This document shows, piece after piece, positions 29,995 through 43,313 of a stretch of DNA of 64,000 bases. A model generated the notes under the pieces. The model had not been told where the DNA came from and did no database searches. It saw nothing but the letters and a program-made list of their open reading frames with translations. This stretch comes from Octopus vulgaris (Eukaryota). The translations under genes and the position numbers were made by a program. The DNA lies in contig OX597828.1 of assembly GCA_951406725.2 (NCBI GenBank), positions 11,284,001 through 11,348,000 on the forward strand, in the 5' to 3' direction. Within the stretch, counting starts at the first letter, position 1, and each line of letters begins with the position of its first letter.

Positions 29995-30300
29995 TAGTGA
30001 CCCCTAGTGGTTGGGGTGTTGTATTTATGATCGCAAGATCGTGAATTCTATTTCTGAACCGGCTGTGTAATGTGTATTTGAGCAAAACACTTCATTTCCT
30101 GTTGTGAAGTTACGTGACTGCGTGGCTAAGGCTATTCGGCTCACGATTGTATGAACGTGAGTTCGATTTCCTGCAGGCCTTTCGGTCCTTGAGCAAGACA
30201 CTTTATTTCACGTTGCTCCAATCCACTCAACTTTCAAAATAAGTAATATCCGTATTTTAAAGGACCGGCCTTGTCACATTCTTTGTCACGCTGAACCTTT
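29995..30300 (+). mobile_element. Two old CORE-like SINE fragments
   Basis: Two tRNA-like heads, each followed by tgagcaa(a/g)acact(t/c)..tttc. Confidence 0.65.
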
Positions 30301-30543
30301 TTTGAATTAGCAAAGGAAACAAAGTTGCTAGTTAGAAAAGCTCTATAAGAGATGAAAGCTGTAACTATAATGAGAAGTAGTGGTTATTGCCACTTAAACG
30401 TGGCTGCTCTGTAAGAACCGACTTTACTAACATTTTAACCCCAGGAGGGATGTTGATTAATCAGCTGGTTATTCGATACAACTCGCACCCGATATAAATT
30501 GCAAGCAGGGAAATAAACAATATTCCAGCCTCGAAACCACCAG

Positions 30544-30583
30544 ACCATACGGTTTCGAGCTCTTCGTGCTCATCTTCGGTGGT
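30544..30583 (-). ncRNA. Degenerate minimal hammerhead
   Basis: Minus strand: ACCA-CCGAAGA-T-GAGC-acgaaga-GCTC-GAAACCG-TA-TGGT. The core has one U-to-C change. Confidence 0.45.
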
Positions 30584-30675
30584 GGATACCTGTCCGCTAG
30601 AGAAAGCAGTAATTTACTCCAACTCACAATATAAAGAAAATGTGGTTGTTGTTGTTGTTGTTGTTTGTTCTTTCT

Positions 30676-31040
30676 CGAGCTGGCAGAAACGTTAGCGAAA
30701 TGCTTAGCGATATTTCGTCTTTACGTTCTGAGTTCAATTTCCGCCGAGATCGACTTTACCTTTCATCCTTTCGGGGTCGATTAAATAAGTACCAGTTACG
30801 CACTGGGGTCGATATAATCGACTGAATCCATTTGTCTTACCTTTTTTGTCCCCTCTGTGTGTAGCCCCTTGGGGGCAGTAAAGAAATAGGTATTTCGTCT
30901 GTCTTTACGTTCTGAGTTCAACTTTACCTTTCATCCTTTCGGGGTTGATTCATTAAGTATCAGTTGTGTACTGGGGTCGATCTTATCAACTGGCCCCCTC
31001 CTCCAAAATTTCGGGCCTTGTGCCTAGAATAGAAAGGGAT
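30676..31040 (+). mobile_element. SINE-B dimer (B1 plus B2)
   Basis: Junction aaagaaata|ggtatttcgtctg at about 30888. Confidence 0.88.
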
Positions 31041-31595
31041 CAGCTTTAACCCACGTCGTCCTAACCGAAGGCATGTCAGTTTCATTTCACTCAGTTGCTC
31101 CAGTTCATTCAGTAGTACATAGGTGACCCTACGACGGAGTGGCGTCTCGTTCCGGACGGAGATGTTGTGACCCTAGTTTTTATTTTATCAAACTTTGGTT
31201 AGATGAAAAGTTGACATCAGTGGAATTTGAACTCAAAAAGGGGTGAACGGTAACTAAATACCATAAGACATTATGTTTAGACCTCTAATAATTCATAATA
31301 ATTTACAACGTAGGTAGCATGTGAGAAATTTGGGAGAAGCGGAATAGTCGATAGCATCAACCACCTCAGATGTTGATTTATTGAAGTTGTCTCGGCCTCC
31401 AGAGAATGTCATAATTACTAAATGCTAGTTAATCTCAAGAATCAAGAATTCTCCAAGTTGACATGCAATTAAATAAGAAAATAGGCTTTATTATCAAGAG
31501 ATAGTGGAGAGTCGCGGACAAGTGATTCAAGTCAAATCGGTGCTATCTGCTCAACAGTTGTCCGATCTTCTCTCTCTCTCACACACACACACACA

Positions 31596-31642
<47 letters not shown>

Positions 31643-32664
31643 TCTGTTTATATATATATATATATATATATTCAAATGTTTTTATTTTACACGCACACAC
31701 ACACAAACGTGTGCGTGTAAAATAAAAACAGATGAATGGGTTATTTGTTATTCCTACAAATGTTTCATTAAGAATCTTTATTGTGATGTAAGCATAATAC
31801 AGTCATGTATGCATTATGCACAGCTTCCATAAGATTACAGAATATGTTAAGTAAATCCCAACTCATCAGGAGGCTGATCTGTTAATTAATCAACATGGTA
31901 GTTTATTTGGTTGACATATTTACATTTTTATTGTGTTTTTACGCCACCTTTTCGTGCTCAATTCATCGCTCAGTACATTTGGATACCATTGGAATGGTAG
32001 GTTACCGCACAACAGTGAACTTCTCTTCATCGATGCATTCCGTGTTATGATAATAGATTGCTTGACTGTTCTGCATCATCCTGCCTCGCCAATTAGTGGC
32101 GTGTTTTGCTTTGATATATATGTGTACGTGTGTGGTAAAGGGTTTTGCATGTAACTGCGTGCAAATGATGTGAAACCATCTTGCGAACATTTAGTATTAA
32201 ATTTTGTTTCACCACAAAAATAATTTTCGTGTGTGTCATGAATTAGAAAGTTGAAACATCAAGTCAACACAGTTGTATATATGACTCTGTACCTATCGCA
32301 AATAGTCGATTACAAAAGCTCCGTACATAAGCTTGCCAATTCAAGAGAAAATATGCTCATGGGATTCATATCGGCCAACTATAAACGACGTATCAAGGTT
32401 GAGACGGAGCCGTATAAACAACTACGGTTACAGCACGTGAGTGGGTAAAGCTGAACCGCGAGTTGCCACGCACTAAAAGGTTGACGCTAAAAACAAACCT
32501 TTTTATGACTTTTGAGCAGAGACGTTCCAGAAGGATCTAGAATGACTTCTCAGGCGAAGTCTGGTGTTTGGTCTATAACTCGGCCTCTTATATGAACAAG
32601 GTGTTGCCATGCCATGATAGGTAAATTCCTTCTTTTTAGTGTTTCCAAATCCAAATTAAGAAAT

Positions 32665-32727
32665 TTTGAGCTGACGAAAGAAATGCTGATTTTATTTGGC
32701 TAATCTTGAAACGTTGACGTACTCAAA
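32665..32727 (+). ncRNA. Type I hammerhead ribozyme
   Basis: TTTGAG-CTGACGA-AAGA...TCTT-GAA-ACGT-tg-ACGT-A-CTCAAA. 6 bp helix I, intact core, GUA triplet. Followed at 32815-32910 by an end similar to 14105-14195 and then (TA)n. Confidence 0.8.
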
Positions 32728-32909
32728 CGATCTATGTACTTGTGATATTTTTCTGTATTTACCTCCAAACCTTCGTGGGCTGTCTGGAGTAAACATTATT
32801 TGAGGGAAATTTTCTTTTAAGTAGTAGAAATGCTAAGAAAATTTTTTTTGGCTGCTATTTCTACTAAGTTCAGTATGTAGCAAAGTAATTTATTTTACTA
32901 AGCCCTAAT

Positions 32910-32967
<58 letters not shown>

Positions 32968-33229
32968 ATAATAACAATAATCCTACGATGGAAATTATGG
33001 GCGGCATAATGGAATAGGAGCCTTATTGTATATTTAAAAATATATAGACAGACAGATAGATAGATAGATAGATATGCATGTACATATATACATATACGTT
33101 ATATAAGGTGTCCCCAAAAACGTATACATACTTTAATAGCCGATAACGTGCATAATTATCATTGTTTTTTAGATCTAACCTTTAAGAAATAAAGAAGGGA
33201 GCCATACTAAGCTTTAATATAAAATGCTG

Positions 33230-33548
33230 TTTTACCATCCATTAACAACCGGTGTTGTTTTGTTTACGTCCCCGTATGGAGGGACAAGCACAGACACACA
33301 AACATATACACTCATACGTACATATATATATATATATATGTACACACACACACACACACATATATATACATATACACACACATATATACGACGGGCTTCT
33401 TTCAGTTTCCGTCTACCAAATCCACTCACAAAGCTTCGGTCGACCCGAGGCTATAGTAGAAGACACTTGCCCAGGGTGCCACGCAGTGGGACTGAACCTG
33501 GGATCCATGTGGTTGGTAAGCATGCTACTTACCACACAGCCACTCCTA
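33230..33548 (-). mobile_element. SINE-A, partial
   Basis: Head and middle are intact. Confidence 0.88.
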
Positions 33549-34424
33549 TTCATTATTTCTTTCTTATTCTATCTTATTCATTACTTCTCTTTCCTTCAAG
33601 ATATTTGTTTTTGCTTTTGTATCCTTGACATTCTTGTCTCTAATTCTTTCTAATTCTTTCTAATTTTTACTAATTCTTTCCTATTCTTTTCTTCTTAGTT
33701 TTTATTCTTTCCTAGTCTTTCTTATTCATTTCTTATTCATTCCTATTCTTACTTATTCCTTTCTTATAAGTTTCTACTTACATCTTTTTATTTCATCTCT
33801 TTCGTTCTTATACCTATATTTTCTTCTCTATAAGAATCTTTCCGATCTTTTTCTTCACTTAATCTGTCTCATTCCTCTTCTGTTATTTTTCTACTGTCTT
33901 CTTCCTTCTCCTTTCTTTCTCATTTTCTTCTCTCTCTCTCTCGCTCTTTATTCTTTATCCACTTTTATTAATCTCCTTTTCTCTTCTCCTGGTTCATTCC
34001 TTATTTCTTTTGTTTCCCCTCCACCTTCCTCTATTTCATTCCTGCTTACCTCCCTTTATCTCCTTTCACTCGTCTTCCATCTTGCTTTTTTACTCATTCG
34101 TCTCCGTTCTTCCTCCAGCTTCTATTTTTCTCTTTCTTCACATGCATTCACAACATCAGTCTCCCTCATCAACAAGGTCTCCTTTACATTTTTTCCTCTT
34201 GTCAAATCCCAATCAACTAAAAATACGACCAAGTCTAAGTTTAGTAATAACTCATTAGTATTTACAAGGAATCTTAGCATATTACATTGATTTCCAACTA
34301 TTTCTTTGTCAATTTATGTCGTTTTTATAGCTTTTATTTCATTTTATCAACATTTTCCTTTGCTAATCAATTCCGTAGTAACTATGTAACTATTCTTATT
34401 AGAAATGCAGACATTATTAAATGC

Positions 34425-34477
34425 ATTTGTGTATGTGTGCGTATAAACACGCATACGTATGTGTGCATTCATGTATG

Positions 34478-34511
<34 letters not shown>

Positions 34512-34682
34512 CGTTTATGCATATATGCATGCCTCCTGTCTCTTTCTAAGTGCATATATATATGTGTGTGTGAGTGTGTGTGTGTGTGTGTGTTTGTGTG
34601 TACATGCATATAAAGTATGTATACATGTATATATACATATATATGAATATATACATATATATATATATATATATACATATAC

Positions 34683-34725
<43 letters not shown>

Positions 34726-35110
34726 CGTCTATATGTATGTATATGTGCATATATGTATGTATATGTGCATATATACATGTATACATGTATATATACATAT
34801 ATATACATATACGTGTATATATATATATATATATATATATACGTGTATATATATATATATATATACGTATACGTATATACATATACGTATATATGTATGT
34901 ATATGTGCATATATAAGTATGTATACATGTATTTATACATATATATAAATATATACACATACGTGTGTATATATATATACATATACGTATATAAATATAC
35001 CTATAATACCTATATATGTATGAATATTTGCGTGTATGTGTGCGTGTGTGTATTCATAGATGTATGAATATATCTATGAATATATATGTTTGTGTGTGTA
35101 AGTGTGTGTT
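34425..35110. repeat. (TA/TG/TACG) compound microsatellite
   Basis: Direct reading of the sequence. Confidence 0.95.
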
Positions 35111-35784
35111 AAAAAAAATAGCAGATTTGCTTCCATTAAACTGATTCCAGAAAGATATTCACCAATTATGATAAATATATCTATGGTAAGCTGCAATTGA
35201 TGCTATATATACTACATATGAATAAAGATTAATTTAAAACGGAGATAGAGAAGATGGTGATGAAGAGAGAGAGAGTGAGAGACTAGTGGGAGACATAGAA
35301 AAACGGAGCGGGGAGAACCGTTTCCCTTCCTTGAAAAAATACCAAGAGAATAAAACAGCTTCCAGATATTTCTCTAATATTTCCTTATTGAAATGGAAAT
35401 AAAGAAAAATAGTAAATAAATAAGTGCATGAGTAAATAAGGAAAAGCAAAACAAATAATATTCCTAGGAATTTTTTCTTGCACCACGAAGATGCTAAAAA
35501 TTCCTTATTAAGAGTCACTAAATAATTAAAGAGTCTAAAATAAATAATTATTGCTGATACGGAGCTTTATTTTTTTATCTTAATTTTTATGTTGTTTTCA
35601 TAGTTTTCATTTCTTCTCTTTTTTTTTGTTTTTTTTTGTGCATATTCCGAAAGAATTTTCTGTTTGTGGATTGGCAGATTCGTTAGTGCGTCGGGAAAAA
35701 AAATCCCTTGAGATATTTGTTTCAGCTGTTTACGCTTTGAGTTCAAATCCAGCTGATGCCAAGTTTTGCTTAACATCTTACCGG

Positions 35785-36160
35785 GTAATGAGTGAAAAAG
35801 TACGATCGCGAATACAGGTGGCCGACATGGTTCGGAAACGGATCCGCCAATGGATCTCTGGAATAACATTACTTGGCAATGTAATGCGATCAGGAAATCC
35901 ATCCAGATCGAGCCGCTACATCTCCGCACTGAGAAGCTACATGTGATTAAGAGAGAACCACAAATAGACTGCTAAATCGGAGCGAACCGGCAGGAGACCT
36001 AGGGGTAGACTAAGAACGAAATGGTTGGATAATATCCATATTTTCAGTTGGACACGCTTAACAATCCAACCGGAAAGAAAACGCATAAGAGGTAGAAGCG
36101 AGGAAGCTCTTTAGCGGGCGGTGGTGGCCACCGCTGCCTCGGCGGAAGGAAGGCGGAAGG
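35785..36160 (+). pseudogene. RTE-clade (Expander/Rex3-like) LINE ORF C-terminal remnant
   Basis: MSEKVRSRIQVADM...SGITLLGNVMRS, IQIEPLHLRTEK and RTGRRPRGRLRTKWLDNI match the RTE C-terminal 'RSRIQAAEM...GRRPRGRPRTRW' pattern. Confidence 0.85.
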
Positions 36161-36163
36161 AGT

Positions 36164-36335
36164 TATTTCTTTACTTTACTACCCACAGGGGGCTAAACAC
36201 AGAGGGGACAAACAAGGACAGACAAACCCCGAAAGGATGAAAGGCAAAGTCGACCTCGGCGGAATTTGAACTCAGTACGAAAAGACAGACGAAATGCCGC
36301 TAAGCATTTGCTCCGCCGTTCTAACGATTCTGCCT
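36164..36335 (-). mobile_element. SINE-B1 with internal deletion
   Basis: B1 tail and partial head. Confidence 0.8.
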
Positions 36336-36588
36336 ATATTAATATTAATACCAGCACCACCGCCAGCAAACTAACGACAATAACGCCATTATCAATGCCT
36401 GTTAACTTCTATGATCTAAGCGTCACTGTTTTATCTGTGACTGTTACTGCTGTCTTTGTTGCTTCCGATGTTTTATTGTTGCTATTGTTGATTTTGTTGT
36501 TATTTTGTTGTTGTTTTTGTGTTCAAGCCCAATCTAGAAGAGAGGAGTCATAAAATACGTATATGCATACATACATATATATATATAC

Positions 36589-36634
<46 letters not shown>

Positions 36635-36910
36635 GTATATGTATGTATGTATATATATGTATGTATGTATATATATATATATGTATATATATGTATATAT
36701 ATGTATATATATATATGTATATATATATGTGTATATATATATATATGTATATATATATATGTATATATATGTATATATATATATATGTATGTATATATAT
36801 ATGTGTATGTATATATATATGTATATATATATATGTATATATATATACATACATATGTATATATATATACATACATATGTATATATATACATACATATGT
36901 ATATATATAT

Positions 36911-36954
<44 letters not shown>

Positions 36955-37049
36955 TTAGAGACAAAACCACTATTTTGCAAATCAAACAAAGAAAGACTTA
37001 ATCCAATACATAAAAAAATTTTAATATAAATTAAATAAAATTAAATTCG

Positions 37050-37095
37050 CCACTACAATTGTTTCGTGTCTCTTCAAAGGACATTCATCAGGTGG
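37050..37095 (-). ncRNA. Type I hammerhead ribozyme in a short (TA)n-flanked unit (about 36950-37123)
   Basis: Minus strand: CCAC-CTGATGA-aTGTC-ctttgaaga-GACAc-GAA-ACAATTGT-A-GTGG. Palindromic helix III and GUA triplet. Confidence 0.78.
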
Positions 37096-37122
37096 ATTTC
37101 AGATCTTCTTTTCAATTTTAAG

Positions 37123-37204
<82 letters not shown>

Positions 37205-37279
37205 ACATAAATACATACATATACATATATATGTATGTATGTATACATAAATACATACGTGTGTATGTATATACATATA

Positions 37280-37790
37280 GGGAGAATTCCCAAAAAGAAA
37301 ACAAAAGACGAAGACAGGTGGTGTAGACAACAAACAGATGTATTAGTATAACGCTCGGGAAGTGAAAAAGTCTTTATCGTTTCGAGCCTACGCTCTTCCA
37401 CAGAAAGAAAAGGCAGAAAGTGCAAAAATGTTTAAAAAGTATGGAAAGGTTACGAAAAGTTCAAAAGGTTCAAAAGCTTCAAACGTCGTTGTGTATTGGA
37501 GCAATTTTTCATCAACAGAGGTGTCCAGTGTAATCCATAGGCAGGAGAGGTGCAGCTGAAGTGTAGAAAGTCCAGTAGAGAATCCGTAAAAGTTCGTGGA
37601 TGGTGAGAGGAGACAGGATCAACTGATGCGACCACGTGAGCGTGTAATATATGGGGAGAATTCACAAAAGGAAAAAAGCAAAAGACGAAGACAGGTGGTG
37701 TAGACAACAAACAGATGTATCAGTATAACGCTTGGGAAGTGAAAAAGTTTTTAACGTTTCGAGCCTACGCTCTTCCACCGAAAGGAATAT
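37280..37790 (-). mobile_element. Penelope-like non-coding unit with ~130 bp direct repeats, each with a degenerate hammerhead
   Basis: 37280-37407 is repeated at 37654-37784 (period 377 bp). Minus strand CTGTGGA-A-GAGC-gtag-GCTC-GAAACG is related to 26098 and 50888. Confidence 0.68.
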
Positions 37791-37902
37791 AGAAATAAAA
37801 AGCAGAAACTACAAATACACACACACATATATAAATTAAATAATGAGGGTAGAAATTAATATTATTAAATAATATCAATTTAAACCAGTGGTCTAGCATA
37901 CT

Positions 37903-37972
<70 letters not shown>

Positions 37973-37975
37973 TAA

Positions 37976-38050
<75 letters not shown>

Positions 38051-38179
38051 TAGATATAGATATGAGTCAGTAAATGGTGGGGTTGTGTTAACCACACGTC
38101 GAGAAATGATAGGAAAGGAAAACATAAGGCATTATAAAAATAATAATAATAGCATTCTGCCTTATTATTATTATTTTTT

Positions 38180-38229
<50 letters not shown>

Positions 38230-38781
38230 TTTGTCGAAAAATAAGAAATGATTCCATTACAGAACAGAATTGAACGATAAAAATGTGGCCAAAGTTGTCT
38301 CCTTATTTCTTTTAAAGTTCCTGACGCCCTTTAAAGCGAACATAAACAGAGTACAATTCCTGAGATATCTAGCGCTTCACAATTGGCTGACTGATGAGGT
38401 ACCATGTGTCAGAATGATTTTTTGTAAATGGGATTGTTTGCACTTAATCATTTAATCCTCGCTTGACAAAACTGAAGATGAGCCAGTAAAGGTACTTTCT
38501 ATGGTTTACATACACCAACAGGAAATGTTAGGGGGCTATAAATGGCTGATTTGTTACCTGCAACTGATGAAGCTTACCCACGCAAAAATACGTGTCATAG
38601 AATCCAATGACGTTATTCATGGCTCTCTGTGCGCTTTTACACGAATAGTCTATAAAGGGAACTTATCTTCAGCGAGAGATATCTACATTTGAGTATACAC
38701 GAACGTTTTAAATATAAATGCGCACGCCTTTGGTTTAATCATCGCTGTTCAATGCACCTTTGACACACATACACACACAGA

Positions 38782-38819
<38 letters not shown>

Positions 38820-39214
38820 TAAGAATATAAATGCAAAACAATGGGGAAAACATGGTACTCGAATACCGAATGCTTTTTTATTAAAGCTGCAAAGGTAATT
38901 TTTTGTGATGTTTTTGCAGTTTTAATAAAAAAAGTGTGTATATATATGTATGTATGTGTGTGTGTGTGTATGTATATGTGTATATACGTGTGTGTATGTG
39001 TATGTATATATATATGTATATATATGTATGTATATGTATATATACATGTATATATATATGTATATGTTTGTATATATATATGTGTGTGTGTACGTATATA
39101 TATATATATATATATGTATATGTGTGTGTGTGTATGCGTGTGTGTGTATGTGTGTGTGTATGTGTGTGTATGTATGTGTGTGTGTGTGTGTATTAATCTC
39201 TATAAAAGAGGGAA

Positions 39215-39400
39215 GTAGTAATCGTGTAACTTTCACAGAAATATCCTGTAACAGACCCCAAATAGTAATCCAATAAGGCGGAGAGTAATGCGAAATTCTA
39301 TGCAGCCGAAATCCAGGAGATTCGGATTTCTGACCCAGCAAGCTAATTTTACTTAGTTTGGGTCTCCTGTACAATGTGTATACAAAGGGAAAATTTTATA
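39215..39400 (-). pseudogene. Possible Tc1/mariner transposase remnant
   Basis: Minus strand cattactctccg..ttattggattactatttggggtctgttacag resembles 'YSP....LDY..WG.LQ' with frameshifts. Confidence 0.35.
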
Positions 39401-39671
39401 TGCATGCTTAGATTTGAATCGTTGATGCAACCATAATGTTCTAGTGATCTGATGAGCCAACTTCCTTTATTTGTATTGATTTGTGAATATACAATAGTAT
39501 TGTACAATGCGTAGGATGAATGATAATGCGGGCCTGTAAATGTGATTTATATGTCTGCAGTATTTACTCAGGTAGGATGGAAACTGCCATGAACGAGAAA
39601 GCTCAGCTACTGACAATTTACACTGTCAGAAGTCGAGGTTTTTAGAAATAAATGTTTTATAAGTACTGCAA

Positions 39672-39971
39672 CAATGTGGAGGCAGATGGCCTAGTGGTTA
39701 GAACAGCGGATTCGCGGTCGAGGGATCGCGGGTTCGAATCTAGGACCTGGCGATGTGTGTGTTTATGAGCGAAAACACCTACGCGGCTCCGGCAGAAGGT
39801 AATGGCGAACTTCTGCTGACTCTTTTGCCACAACTTTCTCTCACTCTTTCCTCTTGCATCTTACAGCTCACTTGCAACGGATCGGTGACCCGTCCAGGTG
39901 GGGAACCTATACGCCAAGTAAACTGGGAAACCGGCCCTTATGAGCCAGGCATGGCTCGAGAAGGAACAAAC
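39672..39971 (+). mobile_element. SINE-D, full length, 11 bp TSD
   Basis: TSD aagtactgcaa at 39661-39671 and 39972-39982. Confidence 0.92.
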
Positions 39972-40250
39972 AAGTACTGCAAGAAATTATTATCAAATGT
40001 AACGATAACGATAACACCACTAATAGACATACATAGTCAGTTGCCCTATTTAACGACAGCAGCACTTGGCTCTTAAACGCTTATTCGGCAGCCCATGTTG
40101 TTAGAAGCATTCGGGCCGAGACTCTGGTTTGAGGATAAGTAATCAGTCACGTGTTCATCATCCCTTTCTTTCTTCCTTTAGACAATCTATAAAAGATGTC
40201 CTCGGGTCACGACTAACCAGCAATAAAAATTACCGCAAACTCTATAAACA

Positions 40251-41310
40251 TTGGTTTCAAATTTTGAGTACAAGACCAGCAATTTAGGGGGACGAGGTAA
40301 GTCGATTAGATTATACCCAATGCTCAGATGAAACTTATTCTTCGACTCTAAAGGATGAAAGGGAAAGTCGACCTCGACAGCATTTGAACTCACAACGTTA
40401 ATTCAGAAGAAACGCAGCTAAGCATCTTTTTTGTGGGGCGCTAGCGATTCTGCCAGCTCACTTGCAATCCCTAAAAATATTGGTTTCAAAATTTAGCACA
40501 ATGCCAGCAATTTAGGGGGAGGGGTAAGTGAATTTCATTGACTCCAGTACTCAGCTGGTACATATTTTATCGACTCCAAAAGGACGAGAGGAAAGTCAAC
40601 CTCGGTGGAATTTGAAGTCAGAACTTAAAGACGGACGAAATACTGCCAAGTATTTTTCCGGCGTGTTAAAGTTTCTTATTTCTTTATTGCCCACAAGGGG
40701 CTAAACATAGAGGGGACAAACAAGGACAGACAAACTGATTAAGTAGATTATATCGACCACAGTGCGTAACTGGTACTTATTTAATTGACCCCGAAAGGAT
40801 GAAAAGCAAAGTCAACCTTGGCGGAATTTGAACTCAGAACGTAGCGGCAGACAAAATACCGCTAAATATTTCGCCCGGCGTGTTAAAGTTTCTGCCAGCT
40901 CGCCAATATTTATTTCTTCATTGCCCACAGGGGGATAAACATAGAGGGGGAAAACAAAGGAATTAAGTCTATCACATCGATCCCAGTGCGTAACTGGTAT
41001 TTATTTAATCGACCCCGAAAGGATGAAAAGTTAAGTCGATCGCGGTGGAATTTGAACTTAGAACGTAACGAAATACCTATTTCTTTACTACCCACAAGGG
41101 GCTACACACAGAGGGGACAAACAAGGACAGACAAACGGATTAAATCGATTATATCGACCCCAGTGCGTAACTGGTACTTAATTTATCGTCCCCGAAAGGA
41201 TAAAAGGCAAAGTGGACCTCGGCGGAATTTGAACTCAGAACGTAATGGCAGACGAAATACCGCTAAGCAATTCGCTCGGCGTGCTAACGATTCTGCCAGC
41301 TCACCGTTTT
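40251..41310 (-). mobile_element. Cluster of five to six nested or tandem SINE-B units
   Basis: Repeated central domain; B1 tails at about 40677, 40910 and 41078. Confidence 0.9.
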
Positions 41311-41631
41311 ACAAATATTAACCCCAGATTACCAGCACTAATGCCGCTATTTCTTTTATTATCACTAATGCATAAAGGCCACTACGTACACAGTTGCAAC
41401 AAGCAATACTACTAACACCACTATCATCAATAAACCACTCACCATACTACTATTAACACATCTACCATCATGTATGCCACTTCTATCTCTACTACCATTA
41501 GGGGTTCAACGCTACTGCCTACGCAACAAAAATCGACTTACCCCTCCCCCGAAATTGCTAGCCATGTGACAAAATTTCAAACCATTATTACATCTACCGT
41601 CACCATTACCACCACCAATAAGAACAGGAGT

Positions 41632-41820
41632 AGAGGTGCAATGGCCCAGTGGTTAGGGCAGCGGATTTGCGTCGTAAGAACACGGCTTCTATTCCCAGAC
41701 CGGGCATTGTGAGTGTTTATTGAGCAAAAACACCTAAGCTCCTCGAGGCTCCGGCGGGGGTGGGGGGTGGATCCCGCTTTACTCTTTCATTACAACTTTC
41801 ACTCTTTCTTCCTACTTCTG
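41632..41820 (+). mobile_element. SINE-C, 5' part
   Basis: Matches 44843-45035. Confidence 0.8.
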
Positions 41821-42384
41821 CTACAAAGCAGAGGAACCATGGTGTAACCCACAATGGTGTGCTAAACTTTCAGAACCTAGTCTAGATTACGAATCCTCTG
41901 TACCCCAGGATGGTTCAGATCTCCACTCGTTAAAAGCCACTGTTTACGGAATGAGGATAACAACGTAGCTTTCGCGCCTGTGCAACCACCAGTCTATCGG
42001 ATGTGGTGGGTTGATCTTGAAGTAGCCACACGCATTCTTAGTAGCTTCGAGTAGGCTTGAATTAGAGATTATTCTTTGTGGCTAATGGCGTGAGTCCTGA
42101 TTGGGAGAAGAAGACAACAACGGGAACACCCTGCTTTCTTTGGAACTGTAACAGTTGTTCAACAACTGACACTAACCGATAAACACTGTCATTGATAAGC
42201 AGACTACACGGAACCTATTGACAAAAATAGTATTCTTGTAGAATTCTTCTGGAAATTACAAACAATCTTTATTGAATCAAAGTAGCAGTACTTCAACGCT
42301 AAATATCGAGCTTAAAGTATTTCTAAATATTTGCTAAGCAAATTATGATTAAATCTTAGACCTTTTGAAGTTATCTTTACATGC

Positions 42385-42727
42385 AGACGAGGATATGTGG
42401 TAAGAAGCTTGCTTCTCAACCACATGGCTCCGAGTTCAATCCCACCGCATGGCATCTTAGGCAAGTGTCTTCTTCTATAGCCTCGGGCCGACCAAAGTCT
42501 TGTGAGTGAATTTAGTAACTGAAATTAGAAACTGAAAGGAACTGTGTTGGTGTGTTTATGTCCTCGTTATCTAGCGCTTCGGCAAAGTTGTCCGATAAAA
42601 TAAGTACCAGGTTTTAACGAAAATAAGTACTGGGATCGATATTCTCTCGACTAAAGTTCCTCAAGGAGGTACTCCAACACGGCTGCAGTCCAATGACTGA
42701 AATAACTAAAAGATAAAGGATAAAGGA
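42385..42727 (+). mobile_element. SINE-A, old copy without a microsatellite
   Basis: Head taagaagcttgcttctc and family tail. Confidence 0.8.
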
Positions 42728-43275
42728 TGCTTCAAAGACAGTTTCTACGCGCTGGATTGATCTGCTAATAATACCAGCTAATCTTCTTTAGATCGCACTC
42801 CACCGTCTAATGTTATCTTGGATATACAATATAAGGGATGGCCAAAGCTGGGATATATTTCATCATTATGTTCAATTCAGGCTAACTTAATATTAAACAA
42901 AAGCCTCTACCTTGTCGCTCGAGTTGCTAGAAATAGAAGCCTAATCTACCTTATGATCGACCCTACACTGTTTTTCTTTTTAAAGGAACACATTATACCT
43001 GAGATAGCTGAGATGGTTATGGCTGGAATGCTTGTAGTCATAGTTTTTGCTCGATGTGGGCTGGCATAGAGTTACAAAAACGAGAGAATATATTGAAAAA
43101 GATCTACGTTGATTGACCAGAGATCGTTTTGTCTGTCTACCTATATATTTTCATTCATTTATCCGCTTCATAACACAACAGAGGTTGGACAGTAATTTCT
43201 CCAACAAATTGTTTTAATACGGTCGTATGAAGTAGTGTTTTCATGTTAAGGAATGACAGCGGTTAAGAAAAGCAC

Positions 43276-43313
<38 letters not shown>

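Noticed and set aside
33104-33230. taaggtgtccccaaaa as a Tc1/mariner TIR
   Set aside because: No matching second TIR was found.
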